Counted from the stretch's first letter, positions 1 through 10,581 are shown. The stretch: DNA of 64,000 bases from Candidatus Poribacteria bacterium (GCA_964291315.2 OZ219753.1:1824001-1888000), one strand, 5' to 3'. Made by a program: numbers and translations. The notes: generated by a model from the sequence alone, not told the origin.

Positions 1-1956
1 TACAACATGGGCGGGAGCGGCGCTATTGTGTTCTGTGGCAAAAAACGATACCAACTCATCGGTTCTAAGCGATATGATAATACAGGCAAATTTGGATTCA
101 CCCTAATCAGAGAACATCCGCTCACCGAAACAGAACAAACGGTTAAGAGAAATACATGGTATGAATACCTGAAAATCGGTGGCGTAATTCCATCTTTCCA
201 CGCTGAACAGCAAAGCCTGGGGCTCTATAATAGAACATTTACCACCGGGACAATTATTAAACTGTACTCCTACGATTTGCCACCCGGAATCCGATCGGTT
301 ATTTCCAGAGACCTGAATCAAGGCATCAACGAGTACCTGTTTGAACCCATTTTACCGGTGATTACTGTTGATAAAAAAGAACGTTACCCCGACGATCTAA
401 ACCTTGAAAGAGACGTATACGGACTCAAACGCAGATTAGAACGGGAAGATAACAGGTACATTGAAGAAGCTTTTTCCGAAGATTTCAACGACACGCTTTT
501 TGGAAAAATGAAGGTGACCTGTTATCTCTTCAAAACGAAAATAGATGCTCAATCTGTTAAAGAGAGTAAAGGTACAATTCGGAGAGAATTTTTTAAGAAC
601 AACATGTCCATCCTATTTTCGATCAACGGACAGGTTCATGGACACTACACCTCAGAATTCATAACCCGATCTCTCAAATTGAATCTACTTAAAGAGCATC
701 TTCTCATTCATGTCGATTGCACAAACATGAACTACGATTTCCGTAAAGAGTTATTCATGGCATCTCGAGACCGTTTAAAAAGCGGCGAGGAAAATAATGC
801 CTTACGAAAGTTATTAGCAGACAAACTCGGAGCGAAAAATGGACGCTTGCAGCAAATACAGAAACAACGTAAAGATTCAATCGCGGTAGAAAGTGAAGGG
901 GCGAAAGACTTAATAAAATCTTTCGCACGGAATTTTTCACGAAATCCAGAATTGTTGAAGCTGTTGGATCAAACGTTAAATTTCGACCTACCTCTTAAAA
1001 CGAACCAAAGCGCGAAAACCAACACGGCAACCAAACGAAATAAGATGGAGCAAGAACGCTTTAATCCAAAGCGATTCCCCGCACTTTTCAAACGCCGGAT
1101 ACAAGGCAAAAAAGATAAAGAGGTCGTTATAATACCGCTTGGCGACGAAAAAACAATTCTCTTTGACACGGACGTTGAGAACAACTATTTTGATCGTACA
1201 GAAGAACCTGGCGAATTGAAAATCGCCATTCTTGGTTTCAAAGAAAATGATACGGAAGACGGAAACGCCCCAGGAGAAGCGGATCAGATTGAAAATGTAT
1301 TCAATGTGCGAAAAAGCAGCCCCCAGAACGGAACAATCAAGCTCCACCTCAATCCAAAGGAGGCGGTAAACGTTGGGGATGAAGTAAAGATCAAAGTTAG
1401 CTTGGAAGATCCAACCGGCGGGGAATTTAAGGAAATATTTTGGGTAAAGATCACTGAGAAGAAAGCCCCCACACAGCCTTCACCGAAACCTGAAAAAAAG
1501 GAAACCCCAACCTTAGGATTGCCTGAGTTAATATACGCCTATAAAGAAGAAAAACCAGATAGAGAAGGTGTATCTTGGGAAAAATTTGAGGAGAACACCA
1601 CTAAACAGATGGATTACAATACCGTGATGCAACCTATAGCAGAAGGTGAGAAGTTAGAGCGTGTTTATATCAACATGGACAGTAAGGTTTTGAAAAACCT
1701 CAGAGCCAAAACCAGAAACCCCAGTCAGGAGCAATTAGAGACAACTAATAAAAGGTACATCGCCGCTGTATATTCCCACACGCTGTTTTTGTACGCAATC
1801 ACCAAAGCACATAAATACGGAATTGTGAAAGAGGAAAACGGCACAGATTCCGATGTGGAATTAGACATTTACCTCAAAGACCTCTTCGACTCTTACTACG
1901 CAGAATTCCTTCTGAACTACGGTTTCGATGAAATCATGCAATTGTTAGAAGACTAA
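1..1956 (+). CDS. 5'-partial large protein, probable GHKL/MORC-type ATPase family (C-terminal part)
   Basis: Frame is open from base 1 (YNMGGSGAIVFCG), resembling the Gly-rich ATP-lid G2 motif of GHKL ATPases; no start context before the ATG at 7; lies next to an R-M gene. Confidence 0.45.
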   Translation, partial: YNMGGSGAIVFCGKKRYQLIGSKRYDNTGKFGFTLIREHPLTETEQTVKRNTWYEYLKIGGVIPSFHAEQQSLGLYNRTFTTGTIIKLYSYDLPPGIRSVISRDLNQGINEYLFEPILPVITVDKKERYPDDLNLERDVYGLKRRLEREDNRYIEEAFSEDFNDTLFGKMKVTCYLFKTKIDAQSVKESKGTIRREFFKNNMSILFSINGQVHGHYTSEFITRSLKLNLLKEHLLIHVDCTNMNYDFRKELFMASRDRLKSGEENNALRKLLADKLGAKNGRLQQIQKQRKDSIAVESEGAKDLIKSFARNFSRNPELLKLLDQTLNFDLPLKTNQSAKTNTATKRNKMEQERFNPKRFPALFKRRIQGKKDKEVVIIPLGDEKTILFDTDVENNYFDRTEEPGELKIAILGFKENDTEDGNAPGEADQIENVFNVRKSSPQNGTIKLHLNPKEAVNVGDEVKIKVSLEDPTGGEFKEIFWVKITEKKAPTQPSPKPEKKETPTLGLPELIYAYKEEKPDREGVSWEKFEENTTKQMDYNTVMQPIAEGEKLERVYINMDSKVLKNLRAKTRNPSQEQLETTNKRYIAAVYSHTLFLYAITKAHKYGIVKEENGTDSDVELDIYLKDLFDSYYAEFLLNYGFDEIMQLLED

Positions 1957-2133
1957 CCTCCCGAACAAAGCATTAACACTACTTTTCCGCAAGCAAAATA
2001 AACCTTGCCCCCAACTATCATAAATGCCCTACCCCACCCTAATTCTTGCACACACAAAATTCCCCTTGTAATTCCACACGACTCCGTGTACGATAAAATA
2101 CTGTTTTTATACCCTCAACGACGGAGGAAATAG

Positions 2134-5100
2134 ATGCCCCATCTCAACATCAAGCCTATGCATAAACCTATCAAAACTTACTACGCCGAACTTGAAAAAT
2201 ACGCACAACTCGGTGAGCAAAATGAAGGCACTGTCCGTGCAGCCTTCCAACACCTGCTCCAACACTACTGCCACCAAGCCAAACTTACACTGCTCTGCGA
2301 AAAAACACACTACACACCCGAGAAAAAACGCATAATCCCGGACGGGGAAGTCGTGGACACCTACGGACTACCGCACGGCTACTGGGAAGCAAAAGATACA
2401 CACGATGACCTGCTCCTCGAGGCTGCCAAGAAGTTTGACGCAGGCTACCCCTCCAAGAACATCGTCGTGCAGTCGCCCACACGCGCCCTGCTTTATCAGG
2501 ACGGGCAGCTGCAGCTCGACGCCGACATCACTGATCCGTGCAACCTCGTTCAGGTGCTCCAAACCTTCTTTGCGTATCAGGAGGCAAACATCGCCGCGTG
2601 GCACACCGCTGTCGCTGATTTCAAGGAAGCCGTGCCCGCACTCGGAGCGAAGTTAGTGAGGCTCATCGAGACCGAGCGTCGAGACAACGTGCGGTTTCAA
2701 GAGGCGTTCCACCAGTTCCATGTGCAGTGCTGTGCCTCCATCAACCCGGGTCTCTCCATTGCTGCTGTGGAGGAGATGCTGATCCAACATCTCCTCACCG
2801 AACGCATCTTCCGCACGGTGTTTGATAACCCTGACTTCACGCGCCGGAATATCATCGCCCGGGAAATAGAAAACGTCATAGATGTGCTGACGGAACGGAC
2901 GTTGAACCGGTCGGAGTTTCTTCGTCCTTACGACCCGTTCTACGCGGCGATAGAGAGCACCGCTGCGACCCTCACAGCGTTCTCACAGAAGCAGCACTTC
3001 CTCAACACCGTCTACGAGCAGTTCTTTCAAGGGTTCTCCGTCAAGGTTGCCGACACGCACGGCATCGTCTACACGCCGCAGCCGATCGTGGATTTCATGG
3101 TCAACAGCGTGCAACATCTATTAGAGACCGAGTTTGATCGTTCGTTATCGGATAGCGGTGTGCATATCATAGACCCGTTTGTCGGCACGGGCAACTTCAT
3201 CGTGCGGTTGATGCAGGTCCTGGATCCGATCTCTCTGGAGCGAAAATACACCGCCGATCCGCCTGAACTCCAGTGTAACGAGGTGATGCTGTTGCCGTAT
3301 TACATTGCGAGTCTGAATATTGAGCAGCAGTTTTACACTGTGACGCGCCGGTATTCGGCTTATGAGGGCATCTGCCTTGTAGATACGTTTGAGGTATCGG
3401 AGGCTCGGCAGATGGCGCTGTTCGCGCCGGGGAACACGGAGCGGGTTGAGCAGCAGAAGCGGACGCCGATGTTCGTAGTGATCGGCAATCCGCCGTATAA
3501 TGCGGGTCAGAAGAGAGAGAGCGACAACAACAAGAATAGGAAGCACCCGATCGTAGATGCGAGAGTTGCGGAGACGTATGTCAAAGGCTCTGCAGCACGG
3601 AACCCCAATAAGCTCTACGATCCGTATGTGAAGGCGATCCGGTGGGCCTCCGATCGTATTGGAGAGGAGGGCGTTGTGGCACTGGTAACGAATAACAGCT
3701 TTTTGGACGGCATCGCGTTTGATGGGGTGCGAAAGCACCTTGCGGCAGACTTCGATGCCCTCTACGTTCTCGACTTAGGCGGAAATGTGCAGCGCGGATT
3801 AAAGGTCTCTAAAGCGAATGTATTCAACATTCGGATAGGGGTGAGTATCAATCTATTCGTGAAAAACAGAGACAGGTCATCAGAGCAGCCGCGTATCTTT
3901 TATTATCGCACGGATGAGTTGTGGGATAGAGATCAGAAGTTTGCGTTTCTGAATAAATGTCAGCATGTGGGCGGTGTTGCGTGGCAGTCCATTGAACCCG
4001 ATGCGCGGCACGCGTGGCTAACCGAAGGGCTGGCACCTGAGTTTGAGACCTTTCTTCCGATAGGGACTAAGGCATCAAAGACGGCAAAAAATGAGGTACA
4101 AGATGTCTTTTTTAAAACCTACAGCAATGGTGTGCAAACGGCTCGCGATGCGTGGGCTTACAATTTCAACCGAGACGCACTCACTGAAAATATAAGCAGG
4201 ATGATTGAAAATTACAACGCAGAAGTCGCGCGTTGGACACAACGAACAAATAGGGAGGCGGCCGTTGATAATTTTCTGATTTCCGATGCCACGAAGATCA
4301 AGTGGAGTTCGACGTTAAAGCGGAAGCTACAGAGCGGTCAGAACACAGCATTTACAGAGGCAAATATCCGTTCCAGCCTTTATCGCCCCTTTACGAAATC
4401 CAACCTCTACTTTGACCGAATGATGAACCATAGGGTAGGAGGCTTTCCATCTATCTTCCCCACCCCAGAGACTGAATCAGAAAATTGGGTCATTTGCGTC
4501 AGCGTGACACTAGAAAAACCCTTTACTTGTTTGATGACTGCTTGTATTCCTGAATTTGTAGTAACGGGCGGGTTTGGATCACCAACCCAATGCTTTCCAT
4601 TCTACACCTATGACGAAGACGGCGCAAATCGCCGCGAAAATATCACCGATTGGGCATTGACAGAATTTCGATCTCATTACAAAGACGACAACATCAGCAA
4701 GTGGGACATCTTCCACTATACCTATGGGCTCCTGCATCATCTAGACTACCAAAAGAAATACGAGGCGAACCTCAAGCGCGATCTGCCGCACATCCCCTTC
4801 GCCACAGACTTCTGGGCGTTTGCTACCGCAGGCGCGCAACTCGCAGAGCTCCACGCTAACTACGAATCTCAACCCGAATATGAAGAGCTCAAGTTGATTC
4901 AGAACCCCGAGGTGCCGCTTAACTGGCGCGTGGAGAAGATGAAACTCTCCAAAGACAGAACACAGTTGACATATAACGACTTCTTGACACTTGCCGACAT
5001 CCCGCCCGAAGTGTTTGCGTATCGGTTAGGCACTCGTTCGGCGTTGGAGTGGGTGATAGATCAATATCGCGTCAAAAGGGACAAGTGGAGTGGGCTGGTC

Positions 5101-5214
5101 AGCGATCCGAATTGTGCGGAGGCACCGCGCTATATTGTGGAGTTAATTGGCAAGGTAATTACGGTGAGTTTAGAGACGGTGGCAATCGTTGAGAAGCTGC
5201 CACCGATACCGTAG
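2134..5214 (+). CDS. Single-chain restriction-modification enzyme (type IIG / helicase-less type ISP-like): PD-(D/E)xK nuclease + N6-adenine MTase + ISP-type specificity domain
   Basis: IPDG...YWEAKD nuclease motif, YTPQPIVDF, motif I DPFVGTGNF, motif IV VIGNPPY, C-terminal YRPF/RENITDWAL/DIFHYTYGLLH..Y..NLKRDLPHIP; RBS GGAGG upstream. Confidence 0.85.
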   Translation: MPHLNIKPMHKPIKTYYAELEKYAQLGEQNEGTVRAAFQHLLQHYCHQAKLTLLCEKTHYTPEKKRIIPDGEVVDTYGLPHGYWEAKDTHDDLLLEAAKKFDAGYPSKNIVVQSPTRALLYQDGQLQLDADITDPCNLVQVLQTFFAYQEANIAAWHTAVADFKEAVPALGAKLVRLIETERRDNVRFQEAFHQFHVQCCASINPGLSIAAVEEMLIQHLLTERIFRTVFDNPDFTRRNIIAREIENVIDVLTERTLNRSEFLRPYDPFYAAIESTAATLTAFSQKQHFLNTVYEQFFQGFSVKVADTHGIVYTPQPIVDFMVNSVQHLLETEFDRSLSDSGVHIIDPFVGTGNFIVRLMQVLDPISLERKYTADPPELQCNEVMLLPYYIASLNIEQQFYTVTRRYSAYEGICLVDTFEVSEARQMALFAPGNTERVEQQKRTPMFVVIGNPPYNAGQKRESDNNKNRKHPIVDARVAETYVKGSAARNPNKLYDPYVKAIRWASDRIGEEGVVALVTNNSFLDGIAFDGVRKHLAADFDALYVLDLGGNVQRGLKVSKANVFNIRIGVSINLFVKNRDRSSEQPRIFYYRTDELWDRDQKFAFLNKCQHVGGVAWQSIEPDARHAWLTEGLAPEFETFLPIGTKASKTAKNEVQDVFFKTYSNGVQTARDAWAYNFNRDALTENISRMIENYNAEVARWTQRTNREAAVDNFLISDATKIKWSSTLKRKLQSGQNTAFTEANIRSSLYRPFTKSNLYFDRMMNHRVGGFPSIFPTPETESENWVICVSVTLEKPFTCLMTACIPEFVVTGGFGSPTQCFPFYTYDEDGANRRENITDWALTEFRSHYKDDNISKWDIFHYTYGLLHHLDYQKKYEANLKRDLPHIPFATDFWAFATAGAQLAELHANYESQPEYEELKLIQNPEVPLNWRVEKMKLSKDRTQLTYNDFLTLADIPPEVFAYRLGTRSALEWVIDQYRVKRDKWSGLVSDPNCAEAPRYIVELIGKVITVSLETVAIVEKLPPIP

Positions 5215-5283
5215 GCAACTTTACGCGCGATCCCCTCTTTTTCCCGCTATAGCAACGCCTGAGCAAGATAACCGCTGCTCACC

Positions 5284-5312
5284 TTGACTTCGCCACCACA
5301 ATATGATAAACT
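5284..5312 (+). promoter_or_regulatory. sigma70-like promoter
   Basis: TTGACT-17 nt-TAAACT with TG extension, upstream of the PorV-like gene. Confidence 0.5.
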
Positions 5313-5421
5313 ATACTAAATTTCTATACTTCACTTCACACCGCACTGATACGTAGGAAACCGCGCCAACAGACGCGGCGAAAGCACAGAAAACTTCTTG
5401 AAAAACTAGGCAAAACACATT

Positions 5422-6354
5422 ATGAACAAAACCTGGGCATACATCTCCATCGCAATTTTCATTTTCATACCGCTATCCGCAGCAGCCGATAGCACAGACA
5501 TACACGAAAACGCAGGCACTCGCGCCATGACCTTCCTCAAAATCGGCGTCGGTGCCGAAGCAATGAGCATGGGCGAATCGCACGTCGCCGCAACAGATGA
5601 CCTCTACGCATCCTATTGGAATCCCGCAGGACTCACGCGACTCCAGAAACCGCAACTCGCCCTCATGCATAACGAATGGTTCGCAGGAATCAATCACGAA
5701 TTCATAGGCTTTGCACTACCACTCCCAAACATAGGCACCATCGGATTCAGCACCAGCTATCTCTCCTTCGGGGAACTGCAAGGACGCGACCGAGACGGAA
5801 ACGAAACAACCCTCTTCCGACCCTACGATTTAGCCTTGATACTCTCATACGCACGCACGCTCAGGCAAAACCTCGCCTTTGGAATAAACGCAAAATTCTT
5901 GCGAGAACAGATCGCCGACGAAAGCGGCACAGGAATCGCCTTCGACGCAGGAGCACTATACACCCTCTCACAAATACCCCTCTCCTTAGGCTTCAACGCT
6001 CAGCACCTCGGCCCAAGAGTGACGTTTATAGAGGAAGCCTTTGGACTGCCCGTTACGTTTAGACTCGGCGGTGCCTACACACTCTGGAACGAGACGCTCA
6101 CCCTAACCGCCGATATTATCCGACCCTCTGACAACGATCTCGCCACCGGCATCGGAGTCGCCTATGCACCCAGCAACAACTTGCAGCTCCGCACCGGCTA
6201 TAACTACAAAATCGGCGGTAACGATTTGGGACCCGCCTCCGGACTCGCAGGCGGCTTCGGACTAACGCTGCGGCAGTTTCAAATCGACTACGCACTCGTC
6301 CCATTCGGCGTTCTCGGATTAACCCACAGATTCTCCCTAGTCGCCAATTTTTAA
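5422..6354 (+). CDS. PorV/PorQ (UPF0164)-family outer-membrane beta-barrel
   Basis: Signal peptide; FLKIGVGAEAMSMGE, YWNPAGL, C-terminal IDYAL..FG.LG.THRFSL..F. Confidence 0.8.
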   Translation: MNKTWAYISIAIFIFIPLSAAADSTDIHENAGTRAMTFLKIGVGAEAMSMGESHVAATDDLYASYWNPAGLTRLQKPQLALMHNEWFAGINHEFIGFALPLPNIGTIGFSTSYLSFGELQGRDRDGNETTLFRPYDLALILSYARTLRQNLAFGINAKFLREQIADESGTGIAFDAGALYTLSQIPLSLGFNAQHLGPRVTFIEEAFGLPVTFRLGGAYTLWNETLTLTADIIRPSDNDLATGIGVAYAPSNNLQLRTGYNYKIGGNDLGPASGLAGGFGLTLRQFQIDYALVPFGVLGLTHRFSLVANF

Positions 6355-7070
6355 CCAGCAACCCGAAAAGCAAGAGCATCAGACGCAGCCCCAATAAACG
6401 CCTCAAATAACTTACGCCTATGCTCAAGAAATTCAGCCGTTTGAATCATCCGCTCCGGATGGTATTGGACCCCCAAGGCAAAACGCTTCGACGGATTCTC
6501 TATTGCCTCAATCACCCCATCTCCCGACCGCGCCGTAACAATAAAACCTTCACCAATATCGTCCACGGCTTGGTGATGGTCAGAATTGACAGTATCTGAC
6601 GTCTGACCACCTATAACTTCGCACAGCAGGCTGCCGGGCTCAATCTCAATCTCATGTCGCGCATCAACGCCCCTCTTTTTCACCGAATGCGGCAGAGGAG
6701 CACTGAACTGAGACGGAACATCTTGGTACAGGTCTCCATCCATCGCAATACTCATCACCTGAATCCCGCGACAAATCCCGAAAACAGGTAGATTCGCCTC
6801 CAGCGCCCTCTTGCATAGCGGTAACTCCATCTCATCCCGCTCTTCCCTAACAAATTTCAGCGATGGATGCCACTCCTGACCGAAAAACCTCGGGTGAACA
6901 TCGCCACCCCCTGTTAGTAAAAGTCCATGAATCTCTCTCAATTCAGAATCTGGAACACCGGGATACACCGCCACTGGTACACCGCCATACATCTCAACAG
7001 CCCGGATATAATTGTTACGCCGTCTGTTCTCAGCCTCTCTTCTAAATGTGACTCCGATAAGGGGTATCAT
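6351..7070 (-). CDS. Peptidase C26 / gamma-glutamyl-GABA hydrolase family glutamine amidotransferase
   Basis: LLLTGGGDV, GICRGIQ (catalytic Cys), VNSDHHQAV, GVQYHPE. Confidence 0.9.
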   Translation of the reverse strand: MIPLIGVTFRREAENRRRNNYIRAVEMYGGVPVAVYPGVPDSELREIHGLLLTGGGDVHPRFFGQEWHPSLKFVREERDEMELPLCKRALEANLPVFGICRGIQVMSIAMDGDLYQDVPSQFSAPLPHSVKKRGVDARHEIEIEPGSLLCEVIGGQTSDTVNSDHHQAVDDIGEGFIVTARSGDGVIEAIENPSKRFALGVQYHPERMIQTAEFLEHRRKLFEAFIGAASDALAFRVAG

Positions 7071-7216
7071 ACAATAACCTCTCTTTGTAATATTTACTCA
7101 ATTATACCCTATTTTGATGCCAAAAAACAAGCTAATCCGATCCGATAACGCAGCCCTAGAAAACCCGCCACATCCAACCGATCTCGCCAAACGCGAATAA
7201 TCTTGCCAATAACTAT

Positions 7217-7245
7217 TTGCATTATCTAACGATGCATGGTATAAT
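7217..7245 (+). promoter_or_regulatory. sigma70-like promoter with overlapping TGCAT-N9-ATGCA inverted repeat
   Basis: TTGCAT-17 nt-TATAAT with TG extension; AGGAGG RBS precedes ATG 7279. Confidence 0.55.
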
Positions 7246-7278
7246 TTAAGCAGTACTAAGTAAAAAAAAGGAGGAAAC

Positions 7279-7530
7279 ATGAAAAGCAGTTACGCATTTG
7301 ATTTTGAAAGTTTCAAAGATGCAGCGGTGGTACGCGGCCGGAACGAACGTTACGCAAAAGAGATAGGCGTATCGCGAGAAGCGGTACGACAACGGTTTAA
7401 CAGATTAGAGGATTTACGCGTACGTGAGCTGATAGCGATCTGCAATGTGATACAAAGAAACCCACAAGACTTCTTTACGGAGGTATCCGATGCAACAGAT
7501 GACACAGAAAAGGAGACGCGCGAAACTTGA
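7279..7530 (+). CDS. Small Cro/XRE-like helix-turn-helix protein
   Basis: YAKEIGVSREAVRQR HTH pattern, ELIAICNVIQRNPQDFF XRE-like tail, strong RBS. Confidence 0.6.
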   Translation: MKSSYAFDFESFKDAAVVRGRNERYAKEIGVSREAVRQRFNRLEDLRVRELIAICNVIQRNPQDFFTEVSDATDDTEKETRET

Positions 7531-7548
7531 CGAACGAACATAATATTT

Positions 7549-8316
7549 ATGTTACACAGCGAAGTGACCGATAACGAATTATCCATCACACAAGACAACG
7601 CACCGATCCTCACCTGCCGTTACGGCAGGCTTGAATCGCATCCGTATTTGCATCCGCTCTACGTACCGAACGGCCAAATTGTAACCGACCACACAGATAG
7701 CAGAACACAATATCCACCTGGTATCTGCTTTACGATCGGAAACGTCAACGGCAAGAAACTTGACCAACAGGAACTCACCCGGGAACGGACACTGTCTCTT
7801 GCAGAGAATTCAGAAAAATTCGCGATCAGCACAACGTGGAATAACCAACAACCGCTACTGATAGTGACGCTCACAACCAAAGTCTACCCGCAGCAAACCG
7901 AAGTGCAAGTGCTAGACATTGAAGCCACACTACATGCACCCACCACTTCGCTTGAATTTACACGCAACACCGGACTCGGAGCGCGCACTATTGAAATGGA
8001 ATACCGAAAAACCTTCAACGCCGACGGACGCATCGGCGAAACGGAAGTCAACGGACATAAATCTGCCTGGGGAGCACTTTCAGGGATCACCGCAACTCAA
8101 CAAAACGCTGTCGGGATCGCTCTCCTGCCACATCCCACAAACGCAGAAACCTCTTTTTTCGCAGACGACACAGCCTACGGATTTCTGTTCGCAGAAGCAA
8201 CACCCTTCACAGTTGATGCCAAGGCAACGCACACGCTGAGATACCGCCTGCTCGCTTACATCGGCGATCTCTTTACCTTTGATGTCTGGAAATCTCACAA
8301 CGATTATACCCGCTGA
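7549..8316 (+). CDS. DUF6807/PmoA-like beta-sandwich family protein
   Basis: HPYLHPLY.P.G..VT and GIALL.HPTN motifs. Confidence 0.5.
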   Translation: MLHSEVTDNELSITQDNAPILTCRYGRLESHPYLHPLYVPNGQIVTDHTDSRTQYPPGICFTIGNVNGKKLDQQELTRERTLSLAENSEKFAISTTWNNQQPLLIVTLTTKVYPQQTEVQVLDIEATLHAPTTSLEFTRNTGLGARTIEMEYRKTFNADGRIGETEVNGHKSAWGALSGITATQQNAVGIALLPHPTNAETSFFADDTAYGFLFAEATPFTVDAKATHTLRYRLLAYIGDLFTFDVWKSHNDYTR

Positions 8317-8365
8317 ACCTTTTCAGCACCCGAAAACTGACGACTCCCGACAACAAACAACTCAC

Positions 8366-9796
8366 ATGGAAAATCAGACGCTTTTCCCAATCTATAATAG
8401 AGACAAAAACGCACCCAAGCCGACGCAAAAAGCCGAAACAGGAATACCCTCATATACACGACGTGTCTACATCGAAACCTACGGATGTCAGATGAACGTC
8501 AGCGACAGTGAACTCATCGCAGGGATCCTGACGCAAAGCGGACACCAGACAGTGCAACGCATTGAGGACGCAGATGTCGTCCTCGTCAATACATGCGCAA
8601 TACGAGAAAATGCCGAAACAAAAGTTATCAATCGATTGACGCACCTCAACCACCGCAAACGCCGTCAACCCAACCTTATTATCGGAGTCTGTGGCTGTAT
8701 GGCGCAACACCTCCGAGACAAACTTTTGGACGCAGCACCCTACATCGATCTAGTGATGGGGCCCGATGCTTACCGCGAACTCCCCACCGCACTCAAGTCA
8801 TTGGAGAGTTTGGAGAATGAGGTCAAACCACACATCTCTACCACCGACCGAGACCCGTTCATCGGCTTACGACTCGACAAGAACGAGGATTATGCCGACA
8901 TCGCACCAATCCGAAAAAACGGAATCCGGGCATGGCTCACTATCCAACGCGGATGTGATAAAATGTGTACCTTCTGCATCGTTCCCTTCGTCCGCGGCAG
9001 AGAACGCAGCCTCCCAATAAAACATCTCATAGAAGATGTCGAAAAACTCGTAGACCAAGGCTTTAAAGAGGTCGTCTTGCTCGGGCAAACGGTTAACTCC
9101 TACCACAACAACGGCACCGATTTCGGAGACCTTCTCTACGCCATCGGCGATGTGAACGGGCTAGAACGGGTACGATTTACCTCGCCACACCCAGCAGACG
9201 CAACCGATAGCATGATCGAAGCAATGGCGAGCTCACCAAACGTCTGTAACCACCTGCACCTCCCCTTGCAATCCGGGTCAACAGAAGTGCTTGAACGAAT
9301 GCGGCGAACCTACACCGCCGACGAATACCGCACACTCGTCTTCAAACTCCGAGAACGCCTCCCTGATATCGCTATCACAACCGATATTATCGTCGGCTTC
9401 TGCGGCGAAACCGAAACCGAATTTATGCAAACCTATAACCTGATGGCAGACATCCGATACGATTCTGCGTTCATGTTCAAATACTCCGAACGGCAAGGCA
9501 CCCTCGCGCACAAAGCCCTCCCAGATGACGTGCCAGAATCCGTAAAAGCCAAACGCCTCCAACAAATTATTGAACTCCAAGAACAGATTTCTGCCGAAAT
9601 TAACAGCCACACCGTCGGCGACACCGTCACCGTGCTCGTAGAAGGAGAGTCCCGGCGGGACACAGACAAATACCACGGGAAAACAGACGGGTTCAAAACC
9701 ACCGTATTCCCGAAAACCGATAGCAAAATCGGGGAAATAGTCAACGTTCGTGTCAACAGCACAACCGCACATACCTTGATCGGACAAATCGTTTGA
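8366..9796 (+). CDS. miaB: tRNA-i6A37 methylthiotransferase
   Basis: YIETYGCQMNVSDSE, NTCAIRE, GCMAQ, radical SAM GCDKMCTFC, TRAM domain; ATG 8366 preferred over TTG 8279. Confidence 0.95.
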   Translation: MENQTLFPIYNRDKNAPKPTQKAETGIPSYTRRVYIETYGCQMNVSDSELIAGILTQSGHQTVQRIEDADVVLVNTCAIRENAETKVINRLTHLNHRKRRQPNLIIGVCGCMAQHLRDKLLDAAPYIDLVMGPDAYRELPTALKSLESLENEVKPHISTTDRDPFIGLRLDKNEDYADIAPIRKNGIRAWLTIQRGCDKMCTFCIVPFVRGRERSLPIKHLIEDVEKLVDQGFKEVVLLGQTVNSYHNNGTDFGDLLYAIGDVNGLERVRFTSPHPADATDSMIEAMASSPNVCNHLHLPLQSGSTEVLERMRRTYTADEYRTLVFKLRERLPDIAITTDIIVGFCGETETEFMQTYNLMADIRYDSAFMFKYSERQGTLAHKALPDDVPESVKAKRLQQIIELQEQISAEINSHTVGDTVTVLVEGESRRDTDKYHGKTDGFKTTVFPKTDSKIGEIVNVRVNSTTAHTLIGQIV

Positions 9797-10581
9797 TGGA
9801 CAAACTCACAATTAAAAGCAGAACCGAGATTGAGAAAATGAAACAGAGCGGCCAAGCAGCAGCCACCGTCCTAAAACGCATCGGCGCAGCAATCGCCCCA
9901 GGGGTATCCACCGCCGACTTGGAACGGATTTCACGCGATACCATCGCTGAAATCAACGCCACCTCTTCCTTCTTAGGCTACCAGCTGCCCGAACACCAAC
10001 CCTATACCGCAACAATATGCACCTCTATTAATGATGTCGTCATACACGGCACACCAGATAAAAGCCACATACTCAAGGACGGAGACATCATCGGAATAGA
10101 CACAGCTGTCAACCTCAACGGCTACCACGGAGACAACGCATACACCTTCGCTGTCGGCAACATCTCGCCCTCCGCCCAACGTTTGCTTAAAGTAACACGC
10201 AACTCCCTCTACGCCGCAATCGCCGAAGCCAAACCGGGGAAGCGGATCGGCGACATCTCCGCCACATTACAGCACGGCGCAGAATCCGAAGGGTTCTCCG
10301 TAATCCAGAACTTCGCCGGACACGGCATCGGACGAAGCCTCCATGAAGCACCAGAAATCCCCTGCCTCGGCATCGCAGGACGCGGCTTACGACTCAGAAC
10401 GGGAATGGTACTCGCTATCGAAACAATGGTCAACATCGGGCTCCCTGATGTCGAAATACTCGCAGACGGCTGGACAGTCACAACTGCAGACGGAAGCCTC
10501 TCCGCTCTCTTTGAACATACCGTCGCGATCCTCGCCAACGGACCCGAAATCTTAACAGGAAGCACACTGTGGGAAAACTAA
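9796..10581 (+). CDS. map: Type I methionine aminopeptidase
   Basis: CTSINDVVIHG, GHGIGRSLHE, DGWTV.T.DG..SA.FEHT; TGATG coupling to miaB. Confidence 0.95.
   Translation: MDKLTIKSRTEIEKMKQSGQAAATVLKRIGAAIAPGVSTADLERISRDTIAEINATSSFLGYQLPEHQPYTATICTSINDVVIHGTPDKSHILKDGDIIGIDTAVNLNGYHGDNAYTFAVGNISPSAQRLLKVTRNSLYAAIAEAKPGKRIGDISATLQHGAESEGFSVIQNFAGHGIGRSLHEAPEIPCLGIAGRGLRLRTGMVLAIETMVNIGLPDVEILADGWTVTTADGSLSALFEHTVAILANGPEILTGSTLWEN

Noticed and set aside
7549-8316. Particulate methane monooxygenase subunit
   Set aside because: Soluble protein with no pmoCB neighbours; the family name is misleading
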